Notes: generated from the letters alone by a model not told the origin. DNA of 64,000 bases from Elsinoe ampelina (GCA_010093995.1 ML992507.1:342463-406462), one strand, 5' to 3'. Counted from the stretch's first letter, positions 1 through 13,560 are shown. Made by a program: numbers and translations.

Positions 1-667
1 AGATCTAGAGGTATATTAATAGGACTATTATAAAGGGCCTTACCTTTAAGAAGACTAATAGACTATTAGTTAACACAATTAAGGCCTACTCTAACTTAGA
101 CTTTACTAGAGATAGATTAACTACAAGATCTATATCTAGTACTATTATTTATATGCTTAGTGTACTAGTCATTTAGAAGTTAAGGCTATAGAAGATTATT
201 ATGTTATTAAGCACTAAGGCTAAATACCTTGCCCTTACTAAGACCTATAGAGAGATTAATTAGTTAAGAAATCTTATTATTAAACTTAGGCTACTTACTA
301 ATATTTACCTTGGCCTAACTATAGTCTTTGTTAACAATAAGTTAGCTATTAAACTTATAAGAGATTATACTAATTTAAGGAGATCTAAGTATATTAATTT
401 AAGGAATTATTACTATAGAGAGTAGTATAAACTTAGAGCAATTAAGCTTAAGTACATTAATACAACTTAGTAATTAGCTAATATACTTATAAAGCCTAAG
501 TCTCCTAATAAGATCCTTAATTAATTAGTAAAGGCTAATTACTTAGTATATATCTATACTATACACTTATTTGGATTTTATATGTATTATTATTTTAAGT
601 ATATTATTTATGCTACTACTACTTATTAAGCTATCTTATTTGTCTAAAGCTTAAAGTAAATTGTTTT
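1..667 (+). mobile_element. Ty1/copia retrotransposon (RIP'd), end of RT plus RNase H and start of 3' region; begins before the window
   Basis: Degenerate RNase H motifs (YSNLDF~YSDSDF, LSTKAKY~STTEAEY, SKYINLRNYY~KHIDIRYH, LANILIKP~LADxLTKP). Near-identical to 63375-64000. Confidence 0.9.
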
Positions 668-694
668 CGTCACGAAATCTCTAAGCGTAGGGAG
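668..694 (+). repeat. Left TIR of giant element
   Basis: cgtcacgaaatctctaagcgtagggag; 22/27 identical to the reverse complement of 24446-24472. Confidence 0.85.
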
Positions 695-757
695 TTAGAA
701 TATTAGGTTTCCCCGCGTTAGACTAAGTTCAACTACGTTAGGTCGCTGTAAACGCAT

Positions 758-840
758 CCTACCCACCTGAATTCAGTTCAATGCACCCCTACCTACTTGA
801 ATTCAGTTTAACGTACTAAACCTACCTGAATTTAGTTAAA
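758..840 (+). repeat. Three ~30-bp subterminal tandem repeats with palindromic core CTGAATTCAG
   Basis: cctacccacctgaattcagttca / cctacctacttgaattcagttta / aaacctacctgaatttagttaa, spaced 30 nt apart. Confidence 0.75.
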
Positions 841-977
841 GGCGTTAGCGAGATTAAGCGTAGAAGCACTTTCGCGAGGGCATGAAAGTAGACATTTCCT
901 ACTTAGTTCTCTACCTTCCGACATAAGTAATAGACTAAACTAAAATGACCTTGTTTTATTATACTCTACTGTCTCTA

Positions 978-1560
978 CTCTACTACTAAGGGGCTCGGTG
1001 TTGTTAGCTATAAGTAGTTTCGTGCGACTATCTAGCTAGGGACTAAGCTTATTCGCAACGAGAAGTAGCTCTATATAGCTGTCGCCTATAAGTTCTGCTA
1101 CCTAGCAACTCGTATCGTTACTAGTGTAGAGGACCCTTACGGAGTAGTATTTCTAAGCTAGGGTCGTAAATGTAAAGTAGCGTTCCTAGAAAAGAAGTTT
1201 GTCGTAACAGCTAAGGCTAGGTATAAGATAGAGTACGTATACCTTTAGGTCTGTTCTAGCAGCCATTAGTCTATAGCGGTCACGTAGGAGAAGAACGACA
1301 ACGGAAGCTAGATATACTACGTTAACGGCGGCCGTAGTAGCGAGGTTAAGGCCTACTCTAAGAAGATCGACACTAATATAGACAGGTATAAGAGATGTAG
1401 TAGATATCTAGTTCAGGTTAAGCCGACTTCTTTTAGGTCGACTAACACCGACTAGTACACCTACTAGAAGACGCACTTTAGGGCCGCTAAAGAGCAGCTT
1501 AAGAAGCAAGGCCTAACAGATCTCGGTATACTCTCGGAGTAGCCTAGAAGGTAGTACTAG
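978..1560 (+). pseudogene. RIP'd cargo ORF remnant of unknown function (weak resemblance to Ulp1/C48-type H-W motif)
   Basis: One frame of ~190 codons in which all stops are TAG (RIP of CAG/TGG). Contains L*VCSSSH*SIAV. Confidence 0.4.
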
Positions 1561-2939
1561 GGACATCTACCCTCTATTAAGGGGAGCTGCCTTATCCTTA
1601 TACCGCCCCCTCGATTGCCTCGCTATACGATGTAGCTAGTAAGGAGGTAACTACTAATAACTATAGGCTCCTTCCCCTCCCTCTCCTTAATCTCCTCCTA
1701 GCTTAATACTAGCGTTAGCCCTCGCCTTGCCGGCCTATCCAGTGCTAGTTCCGGCAATCGGAGAAGTAAAGGAAGCGGCGCCCGGGTTAAGCTTACCGCC
1801 CTTAAATATAGTGCTATATATCGAAGACGAGGCCACCTCGAAGCGTACTAATCTCCCCGGCGTAACCCGCCGCGAGGTCGTACCTATAGTAGATAAGGCA
1901 GCAGTAGTAGCTTCCGCGGAGGACGTAGTAGTAGTAGCTTCGGCTACAGTGTACCTCCCTATAGTAGAGAGCGCGGATAAGAGTAGGGGGGAGGAGGGGA
2001 ATATCCCCTACGCGGAGGCGGGTATAACGACACTTTCTTTTACTATATCTCGCCGCTCTACTATAACTACTACTAAGTGGTAGTAGTAGTAGAGCTAGTA
2101 ATAGTACATATAAGGATAATCTAGTTTACAATCTTATAGATAGGATCTATTGCACATATTATGCACTAATAATCTTATAAGTAAATACTTACGATCTACG
2201 TAGATATAGAGAAGGCTTTAGAGGACAAGGAAGAGGCTACTTGCTATACTAACGAAGATAACGCCTAAGTTTTCTCTCCTTCTAGGCTTAAGCGGCTCTA
2301 TACCTGTGTCACGTAGCTACTTACAGTTATAGTTATATACTATGTTGTCCTCTACTCCCTAGAAGGCGTTAAGTAGGAACTCTCTAGCGTTGTTACTCTC
2401 TATAGGGGCAAGTCCTTCTTCGATAAGCTTCCCGTGGCTAGAATAGATATTAAAATTGATAAGTATCTTTCGGAGAGGGTCTTATAAGCTAGTCTCATCG
2501 GGGGACTTATAATAGAGAAGGAGTAAACCTCTTAGATCGCCGACCTAAGTCTGTCTACGAAACTAACCTAATAACTACTTATTTACCTATACTTTTCACC
2601 GCCGTTGCAAAATATATATAGGATACCTAAACTTCTTAAAGGCCAAGAGACATCTATAACGCCTCGCTATAATTTCCTAAGCTATCGTGATCGGTATAGG
2701 GGCAAACCGGCCCTTTAACAGGAGATTGTTATAAGGCGTCTTATGCCGCCTACTATATATAGTTCAGCGACTGACCTAATAACGTACAGGTGTAAACTAA
2801 CTAGCTAGAGTAATACCTACGGATGTTATCTTATCCTTTTTACCTAACATAGTTTAGTAGTCGACCTAAGCGTACCTAAGGCGAGGCGGTCGACGTAAGA
2901 GACGACTGTTCTAGCTACGGAAGGAGTGCTTAAGCTTCG

Positions 2940-5900
2940 TTAATGCCTCTTACGCTTGCTAACTGCGCCTAGGGATCTTAGCCTCTCTCGTTTAGAAGCC
3001 TTAGCTAGGTGGAGCTACTTAGACTCCTACGACTTATTCTATAGCATGTTATATGTGTTAAAGTCGGCTATGTTATTAATGTATATCCGGCTATTTAGCC
3101 TCGTCTTATCTACCGGTACGACGTAGATACTATAGTAGATTTGCAAAGTAGAGTAGACACGCCTACTAGCAAGTGCGTTCCGTCTAGCTCTATCGCGTCG
3201 ATTCGTCTAAGGCTTAATTAGTGTTATACTATACTCTCGATTAGCTACTCTATCCGGCCGAGTAGGCTAGTATAGATCTACTAGCGCTCCCGTGTAGTAT
3301 AGGCGTTAACGTCGACTCGATCTACTAGACTAGAAGCTATCCTCTATAGTTATTATAAATACAATTCGAGCTAGTAACTTACCTTAGAGGCTATCGGGTA
3401 ATGCTCCGACAGTGCCTTCGTTATTCGTTGTCTATTCTTACACCTAGAGCTAGTCTCGCCTCTTATTGCTATGTATCCCTTGCTATTTAGTTGTGCACCG
3501 GATAAAGTTTAGTTCGTCCGTATTAGGATTATTAGGATTATAGTTAGATAGCTTTCTACACTTTAAAGAACAGTAGAACTTAACGCAGAGGTCGCTAACC
3601 TAGGAAGAATCTAGTTCGAGTCTATCGGGATCTAGTTCGGCGTCGAACTAATTAGGGTATTCAGTTATTAAGCTAGAGCCTATATCGGCTATACCTTAAC
3701 GAGCCTCGCGGACAAACACCGCTATTACTTGCTGCAATAATAGCCTAGGTAGCATGTTAATAAGCGCCTCTAGTTCTCTAACTATACGCTATATAGCTCC
3801 CCCCTTAGTACTAGGCTAGCCGAACTAAGAAGTGACGTTAACTGTATCGCTTATACTAACCGGCGTACTCTAGATCTTAATTAGTTTAGTAGCCGATAGC
3901 CTAACTAACTTCGAGGGGTTATCGAATGCCGCTAATATGTTCGCTAGTTTAGTGTTATAAGTAGCAACCTAGTCTTCCTATCCGGCCTTCTTATTCGTAA
4001 GTTTAAAGGCGTCCTTAATAAAGCGGACATAGTTGTACTCTAAATGATTAGAATCGAGGCTAGTAACTACTCTAAAATTACAAATAGCCTTTAAAAAATG
4101 TGTTATTAAGTGCTATTTCGGAAAGTTAAAGTCACTCTCTTCTTTCCTATCGCTATAGTAGGCCTAGAAGGTCTCTTTATACTTGTTTATCCTAAAGAGC
4201 GCGAGGTTAATATACTAGAGTATGTCGTCGTCGTAGGTCTTATAGTTCGCTAGTAATATAAAGTCGACTAGTGCGCGTATAAATTTAATAGCTTAAGGCG
4301 CCTTAACCTCCTCGAGTAACGGCACGAATACTAGGAGCATCTAGCGCACGATACTCTTCTACTCTTAACCTGTCTATTACTTAACGGCCGAGTAGTATAG
4401 GAAGTGTCGAATGCCGGGAAACACTAGTATACTATCGAAGCGCTTGTCGATGATATTAAGCACAATCTCCTTTGCCGAGCGCTAGTAGCCTATTCGCTAC
4501 ATAGTCTCTCTAGCCCTTATATACCGCGGTGATTTGTGTGCAGGCATTAAATCCTAGAGCAATTTTCGAATCTAGCGTAGGACGTGCATTAAAACGCCTT
4601 TAAGAAGTTAGTACAGAATATCTAGCACTATCGCGTAGTAAATATTAGTACACGGAAGATCCTACGCAAAGCAACTAACCTTATAAACCTAAGAGCTCGT
4701 ATCTAGCTTTTCGCTCTACTACTAACTCTCGCGTGCCTCTCTCTATAAGCGCTATTGTCGCTACGTAGAGCGGTGAGTTCGGAACGGTATAGTGACTACT
4801 AGGTCCTCTCTCTCGTCTTTACCGATAAGGTAGCTTATATAATAATACAGTAACTTTACACCTATTATAGTAACCTATTCGGCGTAATTCGTAGGCATAG
4901 CAGCGAGTATAGGGAAGCACCTCCGCCTCTTTCTATCCGTATAGGAGATTGTTTCGCCCTCTCTCGAGTAGCAATTGACGACGGGGTTAAAGATTTTCTT
5001 TATGCAAGCGTAGTAGGTCTTCTCCTTAACGACATTCCTACTGTCTTTAATAATAGAAAGTAAGCCGATTAGTAACTACTCCGGCCGGTTATTGCTATTA
5101 CGTGCTTCTGCCTTTAGGTTGCCTAATAATAGATAGACGGCATGTGCTATAAGATCCCCTTAATGGTTTATTACCTAGGTCTAATTACTCGCGACGATTA
5201 ATGGGATAATAGTAGCTCTAGCTATCCTAAGTCGCTCTTATACGTCCTACTACTAGTCGCCGCTTGCTATTTCGGTGTATACTCGTCGTAGTAGCTTACT
5301 CTCGACAGCTTCTATAAAGACTCTATACGGGCTGTAGTCTATGTCTACTACGAAGCTACGATAACCGAGCAAGAAGCGTATCGCTAGGAGGATATCTAGA
5401 TGCCGAAACGTATGTCTTTTAGGCCTATAATTAGTATTCAGTGTAAAGCTCGAGGTCTGCTAGCCGTTAATGCCTCTAGCTGCATCTAAGTTTTCTATCT
5501 TCTCTACTAGTTTATTCGTAGTTCGCTAACTAAGGCTCTCTACTAGAGGTTATATACGTAGGTCTTTAAGTAATCGCGTGATTACGGCTTTACTAAGTTT
5601 TTCCTTAACAAGCCACTAGGTAAGACCGGCGTCTATACTATTAATAAAGGCTTCCTTTAGTTAAGTATCGCCTGACTAATTATGATTTAGTTCATTATAT
5701 GTGTCGATGTACATGTTATACACTTAAGGAGATCTAGACAACGTTAGTCGACGTAGACTAAGTATAAACTATATCTATTACTAACTCTTCGCTACTGGCC
5801 GGTATACTAGTAACCGTCTCGAACGTGATACGATCGGATATAGCCCTACTAGACGAGGACAATCTCCTAGCACTCCGCCCTATAGATGTACTACTAGTTA

Positions 5901-6480
5901 TGCTCGCTGTAATTACTTACTCTTTCTCGTGCGTACCTTCCCTTATAACCTCTTCTATGCCCTCCTCTTCCTCGTACGCGATGTGGCCGAGCCTACCGCT
6001 ACTATTGCTGTCTACTCTACGTGCTAGGGGATAATAGTCGAGGTCGGTAAAGAGACCGAGGGGATCGTCCGCTGTAGTATGCTATATAGTAGGCAAAGAG
6101 GGGAGGACACTCTACGCTAACTATAGACTATCGTCTCTACCTCGTTATTTAGTTCGGTTCTTAGTCCTTGTAGTTGGCGGCGGAGTTAAGTGGACTACTA
6201 GGTTATTTAGCGTCGGCGGATTATGCTAACTATTGCTGCTAATGCTACCTCGTTAGTCTTTATTAGATAGTAAGCGCTCTCCCCTATTAGAGAAGAGGGG
6301 GTTATTACTAGCGTCGTCTTCGCGGAGATATCTGTTAGTACGTTAATCTAGTAAGACTTGCGCCTTGTTGCTTATTAGTAGCTCTCTCCTCTAGCAATAC
6401 GGTAGATGTTAGACAAGGCCTCTACTAGATTGTATAATCTTTCCGCAGGCCGAGCATTTAGTAATACGCTTTAGTATGTT
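2940..6480 (-). pseudogene. Plavaka-family transposase (RIP'd), with N-terminal C2H2-like zinc finger
   Basis: Minus-strand translation in order: KCSACGKIIQSSRGLV*HLPYC; RVYTEIASGD***DV*; ATIIPLIVASN*T; AHAVYLLLGNL; RRCFPILAAMPTNYAE*; DILY*LLKGV; IDKRFDSILVFPGIRHF..**TG*E*K; FNFPK*HLITHF; FIRCTTK*; YINNIADFNTYN. These match the Plavaka motif series (TGDWWW, SDKT, CADGxxRRCFPILAAYIADYPEQ, PDxLHQLxKG, QWTGxE, FNxPKxH). Confidence 0.88.
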
Positions 6481-6686
6481 AGTTCTTATCGCTTAATATT
6501 TGCATTTATGGTTAGAATTAGTGCTTCGGATTTGTAACGACAGTAGGAAGTAAGACGTTTAGGCGCTACATTATGTTAGTTCACCTAAAAGATAGTTTAA
6601 CATACACTAGCACCTAAATCGGTCTACTAAACTAAGGAATCATATTCTCAGGTGATATAGTTAGGCTATTTATCTAGTAATATCAA

Positions 6687-9600
6687 TTATTTCTCTAGAT
6701 TAACCGCATCCTTCTTCGCTATAGCTCGCACGCGTGCCTATATCTCGGCCCTCTACTTCTCTATTTCTTCGTAGATAACTTTCTACACTATCAACGGCCT
6801 ACCCTATCTACTATTAAGCCACTCCTAAGGCCTATAGAATAGGGCTGTCGGCTTTATTATAAACGCCTCCGTGTAGTTAGCCTTCTAAGACTTAATATTC
6901 CTACAGACCTAGGCGAGATACTAGAGGACTAATCGTAGCACCGACGCTATATTAAGCAAGATTATAGTGTCGAAGCGGTTGAGGTTTAGACTAGTCTTAA
7001 TCGCCCTACCCTAAGCAATTAGGATCCTTAAACCTTCTAGCCTCGGGGGCTTAATAAACATGTCGTTAGATATAGCTACGTCGACGATGTCTATATAGGA
7101 AGGTATAGGTGTTATTCTATAGTAGATAACAACTACATTAGAATCCTTATCGATCCCGATTGCTTTACCGTCTAGGTACTACTCGAGCTATTTTAGATAC
7201 TGTGCCCTTGTTAGTAATGACCTAATTAGACTAAATAGTCTAAACTAACCGTCGTAGCGACTGCTAGCACTAAAGGTGTAAACGTATAGACGATTACTTG
7301 CCTCTTTAACTACTTCGAGTAGGAGACATTCTACTTAATAATCTCGGAAATAACACTATAAAGGACTTACATCTAAGGACTAGCGTGAATCTTGTCTATG
7401 TGCTACTATAACGCTGTCGCCGAGGAGTCACGTATAATATTATAGGCGTACTTAACAGTGTAGTCGCTAAACTCCTCTTTAACCGTAGGGCTATTCTAGA
7501 AGATATCTATAAGAGCGAGGAATATAGAGAAAAGCAGCAGCGGCGCGACTAGGCTTAGCATTTACTCCTTAGTCTTCTTGTTAAGAATCGTCTCTAATGT
7601 AACTTCGGACTTATTAGGTTTGTCCTTTTACTTCTCGATTGCCTCCTATATACTCTTATCTATATCCTTTTTGATCTTCTTCTATGTAGCTATAAGACTA
7701 TAAAGATACTTATTCTCGATAGTAATCTCTAGGTCGAATGTTAAATACGGTAGGACTCTAACTACTAGCAGACCGGGGGCAGTATCGAATAGTTTCTAGA
7801 CGTAGTCTACGTTTATCTTAATAAGAATTTCGGTGAGGATGCGGCCCTATTTAGTGACCGTTATAGAGATCTCTACTATAAACTCCGTACCCCCCTTTTT
7901 GTTAAACTTACTAGAGTTGTTATTCGCCTTATACTATTTGTCAATTACGTAGGTATAGTCCGATGCCTCTTAGAAGTTAAGCTTATTAGCGATAGCTCGT
8001 CGAGTAGCGTCTAGTCCTTTCTTTAGCCTTGCTTAAACTAGGTTGTCCTTAGACTTAGTTAGCTCCTAACTAGATTTATAGATGTAGGTGTTAATATATT
8101 GTCCTGTTCCTTTTCCATTTTTAAGCTTCTCTAACCTAAAGTCCTTATGTATAGTAGCCGTTAAGAACGCTACTACGTTTAAGCACTTAACAAATAGCGT
8201 TCCGCTTATGCCTAGTATAAAAGGCCTTCCTAGTAGCATTCCTAGACAGGACTAGGTCTACGTCTTCTAGCTAGTGACCTAGTGGAACTTATCGAAGATG
8301 ACGGCAGCCTAATAGATAGGGATAGCCCCCTTCTTCCTCTTAGCTCCCCTAGGAACAAAGTCCTAGTTATTAGTATCTACGTCGTCTTCGCCGAGGAAGT
8401 AGTTAATTATAGTGTTGCAAGTAGTAAAGAAGAACTAATTATTTATCTATGCTTTCTTAGGGTGCTTATTACGTATGTCGACGAGGTCTATAACTCTAAT
8501 AGTGTTAATAGGCTTACTAGTCTTTCGATCTTTTAGCTAAGTCTCCTATTTATAGTAGCCTTTAGGTAGATCCTCTTCGCGAACTAAAGAGTCTATGTTA
8601 TATACGTTGCTATACTCTATCTTTTGTACTTCTTTGTTTAAATTTCCCTAGTATAGGACGATCTTTGCCTTAGGCATAAACTTGCGTGTCTCTCGCGCCT
8701 ACTGTTTTATTACGTTTAATCCTCTAAGAATTAGATTATAGCTAATAGTATCGGTAGAACCAACGGTTAGCTATAGGTCGTCGACAAGTGTCGTTGCCTT
8801 CTAGTACTTACTCTATTGCTCCTCGGATATAGTAGCGTATCTACGATCCTTTAGCACCTCTTTATTTAAGAGTAAAAGGAGATAGAGCATAAAGAGGCCT
8901 ATCGGAGTCTTCCCGAATCCTATCTTATATGCGAACACAAATGCTAGGTAGCCTTCGAGGTACTTCTTAATTGCGACAAGCGCCGAGTACATCTATGCTA
9001 CCTCGACTAGATACTTCTTGTTCTAATACTAACAAAATACACTAGCGTTTAGTAAGTAAATGTCTTTCTTAAAGCCTATAAAGTCGTAGCCTCTTTCCTA
9101 GAACTCTTCGGACTAGTAATCGATTCTAGTACCTACGAGGATAAAGCTCTAGTAGGCTAGATCATTACTAGTTTGCTCGTCGTTATTGTCGTTAATAGTG
9201 TAAAGTTCGACGAAGTCCGAGCTACTAAGAGTCTCGTTGAACGTGCATTTTACTAGTGCTAGTATAGGTATAGATAGCTCCTTAGGGACTAGCGGAATGT
9301 AGTATCTAGCTAACTCTTTGCTTAGTATAACTATAAAGGGATATTTATCTATGTCTCGGCATTACTTGTAGTATTTGTCTTCTGTTACTCGAGTAGAGCG
9401 CTACTCGATAGTAGAATTATCGTCGGCTAGCAGTAGAGGGGTAATTCGCTTTTTAGGGGTAGAGTCACGTAGTGGTACGACCTTAGTCGGAGATAGAGGA
9501 GCTAGAGGATTATCTTCTTCTTTACCCTCGACTAGGGCTAATAGCTTCCAACTATTACAATACTAGAGGGGGTCGACTAAGTATATTAGTAAACACCCGA

Positions 9601-10665
9601 GTTAAACTAAGCGTTAAACTTATAAAGTACTTTAGTAGGAAGTTTCTTAACGAGATCCGTGCTAGGCGTAAGATAGAAGAAGATTAGGTTAGAACCTTCC
9701 GTTAGGGAGTTGACATAGTTAATAATAGCGGCACGTAGGTCGTAATTGTCGGTAATAGGGAGAATCTTATATAGCTCCGTATAGTCTATCTATACAAGTA
9801 TAATGTTATTGCTAATTAATTTTTTCTCCTTTAGAAATAGCCTAATTTCGTCGAGGCTATATGCATTTAGATCGTAAGTGTCCTTATCTCGTTGATAGTA
9901 CTATAGACTTAACGCCTATAGACGACGCAAACATTCTCTTTTTATAATCACGCCTAGACTAACGTCCGAATACTCGACGCTTATAAACTCGATAATAGTT
10001 TTGTCGATAATACTCTAAACTAGACGGGACGTGTCTTCTAGCATTTGCTACTAACGCATAGGCTAACTAGTGCGGCCATTAAGACCTATGCCCGCGAGTC
10101 CGCTACTAAGTATAGAAGTCTCTAATCTTTCGGAGAGTCCGCTATTAGACTAGGTAGCGGAGTGGCGCTTTCTAATCTACTTCTTAGGATATGCTCTCTC
10201 GTCTACTTCGGTCTAGTTCTTCTCGTTCCTAAGCTCTTACGCCTTAATGCTAAGGACGAAATCCTTGATAATATTACGGCCGGATATATCGTTTATAACG
10301 CTAACGTTCTTCTTAAACTAGTCTTAATCTTAACAGTTTAGTCTCCCGAAGAAGATCTTCGTATAGCCTTACTAAGGGTCCTATAGGTTGTTCTTAATAT
10401 TGATTATAATCGTAGCTATATTAGCGTTACTAGTCTAAGGTTCCTTGTAATCTAATTCGAAAGACGTGCAGGTATCCTTGTATAGTTCCTATGCCCTTAC
10501 GCATGCGGCGGTGTATATGTCGTCGTCCTAGTTAAAGAATTCGAGGAAGAATGCCTTAAGCTTAATGTTCTAATCGAGCTATACTTAAATATCTATAGGA
10601 GATCTCTCGTAGAGCGGAATTTCGCTTGTAGCCTAGCTAGCGCTATTAGGCTAATTCTTAGACAT
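6687..10665 (-). pseudogene. SNF2-family (SF2) helicase/ATPase, copy A (RIP'd)
   Basis: AYKIGFGKT (de-RIP AHEMGFGKT, motif I, ~8900-8935); VIFDKFH (DEFH, motif II, ~8285-8305); ILGISGTL (SGTP, motif III, ~8200); TSLNL..TIILL (GLNL, motif V, ~6960-6995); *YLA*VCR (motif VI). ATG at 10665; probable intron near 9580-9630. Confidence 0.8.
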
Positions 10666-11484
10666 ATTACGTGCGTTTGTAAGCTTAGTATGTGCTGTAA
10701 ATAAGGCTTTAAATAATGTCTAGTAAATAGATCGAGTAGGTGCGATAGATGTTAAGTAAGAGATCTCGTAAAGGTGTAGCGTATTTATAAGTTTAGAAGA
10801 ATTAAGGAGAGGATTTATTAACGTAGTAGGTCTATACACTTTGTGATATATGTCTAACTAAGACTTAACTAAAAGAAGAGATATCCTATTTAAGAGCACT
10901 TAAAATAGAGGTTAAAGAGGTTAAAGAAGTGCTAAAGAACTACATGAGTTACTTATTTATAGCTAAGAGAGAGTAAACAAAGATAAACGATAGCGATAAG
11001 TAAGAAGAGTAGTAACCTAAATTTAGTCGATTTAGGTCGGGCCCCGAACTAAGTACGTAGGTAGTATACTAGATGCGGCATATACGTGACAGTAGATAAC
11101 TTAGTTTAGACACTAAACTAATAGTAACTATAGTCCGTGCACTTAGTCACCTTTCGTTTTATATAATGTGTAAACTAAGGATGCTACTATCGTTATTAGG
11201 CACTTAACGTAAATAGATTAAACTGTATTTTGGCAGCGGAACTGAATTCGTATACGAGGCACAAATAGAATGTAATTAGATAGTATATAGCGGAATAAGG
11301 GACATAGTATAGCTTATAGACGCTAGCAAAGGAATAAAGAAAGTTATATACTACTATCTAATTGTCTAAACTTTACGATTGCTGTATATAGAGCTAAGGG
11401 GCAGAGTAGAGCAATAGCTATACATTCCGCGTAATAAGCAATTAATAGTACATTCCACAAAATTACACATGCGCTTTATTCCTC

Positions 11485-12420
11485 GCCTAGCCCCGCTATA
11501 GAGGCAACGGCGAAGGAGGACGCTATAGGTATAGCTCCGCCTAAGACGCCTTCTACTATAAGCTTATAGCTCGAAGGAGGTAGTAGGCGTACCCTTACCT
11601 ACGATATGCTTCTATATTTCCCCCTTTGTTACACCGGTTGTAACTCTACTATCCTGTCCTAAACATTCTTGTCTTATAAGGCGGGCACTCCCTAGTAGAC
11701 ACCTTCTCCTCTATCCTCTTCGTATACGCTAGAACCCCTAATAGCGTAGTCAGCAGCGTAGAAGGGCGCTCTACGATAGATTCGTTTAGTCGTAGCTACT
11801 AGGCGGAGACAGTATTAGATTCTACCGATACTACGCGGCTAGTATAGAGGATACTATAGAGGAAGGTAGAGACGGCGAAAAGGAGAGAGCTATCGAAATC
11901 TCCTACGTACGTAGAAGTCTATATCGGCGCGGTCGGCAAGACAGGGAGGTATATTAATATAGCTTTACTTAGGTATAACTACTAGGTGGAGACGTTGTTT
12001 AATCCTACTAATACTACGCTACCGGTGTAGAGGATACAGTAGGGGGCGGTAGTAACGTCGAGAGGGAAGAAGGTGTCGAGGTCTCCCTACGCACGCTTAG
12101 GTCTATAGCGGCGTAGTCGGTATAATAGAGAGGTACACTAGAACAGATTTGCTTAGGTGTAACTACAAGGTAGAGACGTTATTTAATCCTACTAACACTA
12201 CGCTACCGGTATAGAGGATACTAATAGAGGCGGCAGCGGCAGCGAGAGAGGAGTCGATATTTAAGTCGTTATTGTAGATACGACAACGGATAATTGTAGT
12301 GCACTAGGCGGGGGCGTCGCTATAATAGCTAGCCGGCTATTGTCGAGCTCGGATAGAGAGGAGAGCGAAGGTTACGCTAGTAACGCTAACGCCTACGTTT
12401 AGGTTAGTATAGGCGGAGGA
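11485..12420. repeat. ~0.95 kb segment (copy 1) containing three ~183-184 bp tandem units
   Basis: Unit marker gagac..taatcctact..actacg at 11806, 11989 and 12173. Direct copy at 18730-19680. Confidence 0.85.
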
Positions 12421-13069
12421 GGCGAACTAAGGCGTTATTACGAGTCATATCTATAATGAAACTATGTCGCTGCGTACACGGTGTACGACGCGTTTATAAT
12501 GCTATAGAGATTACTAGTCTCTAAACGAGAAGACACTTTAGAGAGGACTAAAACCGGACGGCATTACGTAAGTGTGCTTCGGTTTGCTTAGTCGCCCGTA
12601 GCCGAAATTTAGGTCATTCTTAAACTTCGAAAGAGCGGACTAACAACTTGTTAGTTCGACGTAATAAACTACTAGCCCTCCCTACTAGCCGACACTTACC
12701 GCCGCTAAATATAACAAGCTAGAGAGAGCAAAGCAACAATTAGCCCTACTAAATTCTAGCCGACTGAGATTCCTACTAGTAAGCTATGTTTTATAGTTGT
12801 TTAGACTACTACATGCTTCGCACGTACAATTTAAATACATCTTTAGCACCCTTAGGTAGCAGTATCGTAGTTAAAGCGCTATATATAGGGCTAGTAGTTC
12901 GCTACAAGTGTATCCTACTAGAAGTTCCTACACTACAACGACCCCCTCGAGTGCGATTCATGCGTTTAGTGGCTTGCTATTCATTAGACGTTGGAGCGTC
13001 GAACCGAGATTAAAGTACCTAGCTAAAAGCTACATCTTGTCGATTACTCGGGCCGGAGAATGTGTCTTA

Positions 13070-13560
13070 TACGTAGGAGACCTAGACAATGTTAGTCTAT
13101 GCAAACTGAGTATAAACTATCTATTACTAACTCTTCGCTACCGGCCGGTATACTAGTAGCTATCTCAAACGTAGTACGATCGGATATAGCCCTACTAGAC
13201 GAGGACAATCTCCTAGTACTCCGCCCTATAGATATACTGCTAGTTATACTCGCCGTGATTACTTGCTCTTTCTTGTGTATACCTTCCCTTATAACCTCTT
13301 CCGTGCCCTTCTCTTTCTCGTGCGCGACGTAGTTAAGCTTACCGCCACTATCGCTATCTACTCTACGTGCTAGAGGATAATAGTCAAGGTCGGTAAAGAG
13401 ACTAAGGGGATTATCTAGTGTGTTATACTATGTAGTAGGCGAAGGGGAGAGAACACCCCGCGCTAACTATAGACTATCGTCTCTACCTCGTTACTTAGTT
13501 TAATTCTTAGTCCTTGTAGTTCGTAGTAGAGCCGAACGGACTAAGTTATCGAATAGCGTC
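13070..13560 (-). repeat. Duplicated fragment of the Plavaka transposase 5' region (copy of ~5725-6215)
   Basis: Direct high-identity copy. ORF-track entries 5825-6034 and 13099-13332 give near-identical antisense peptides (RSDIALLDEDNLL). Confidence 0.9.

Noticed and set aside
758..840. CRISPR-like short repeats
   Set aside because: Eukaryotic DNA, only three degenerate units, no spacers and no cas genes; better explained as transposon subterminal repeats.
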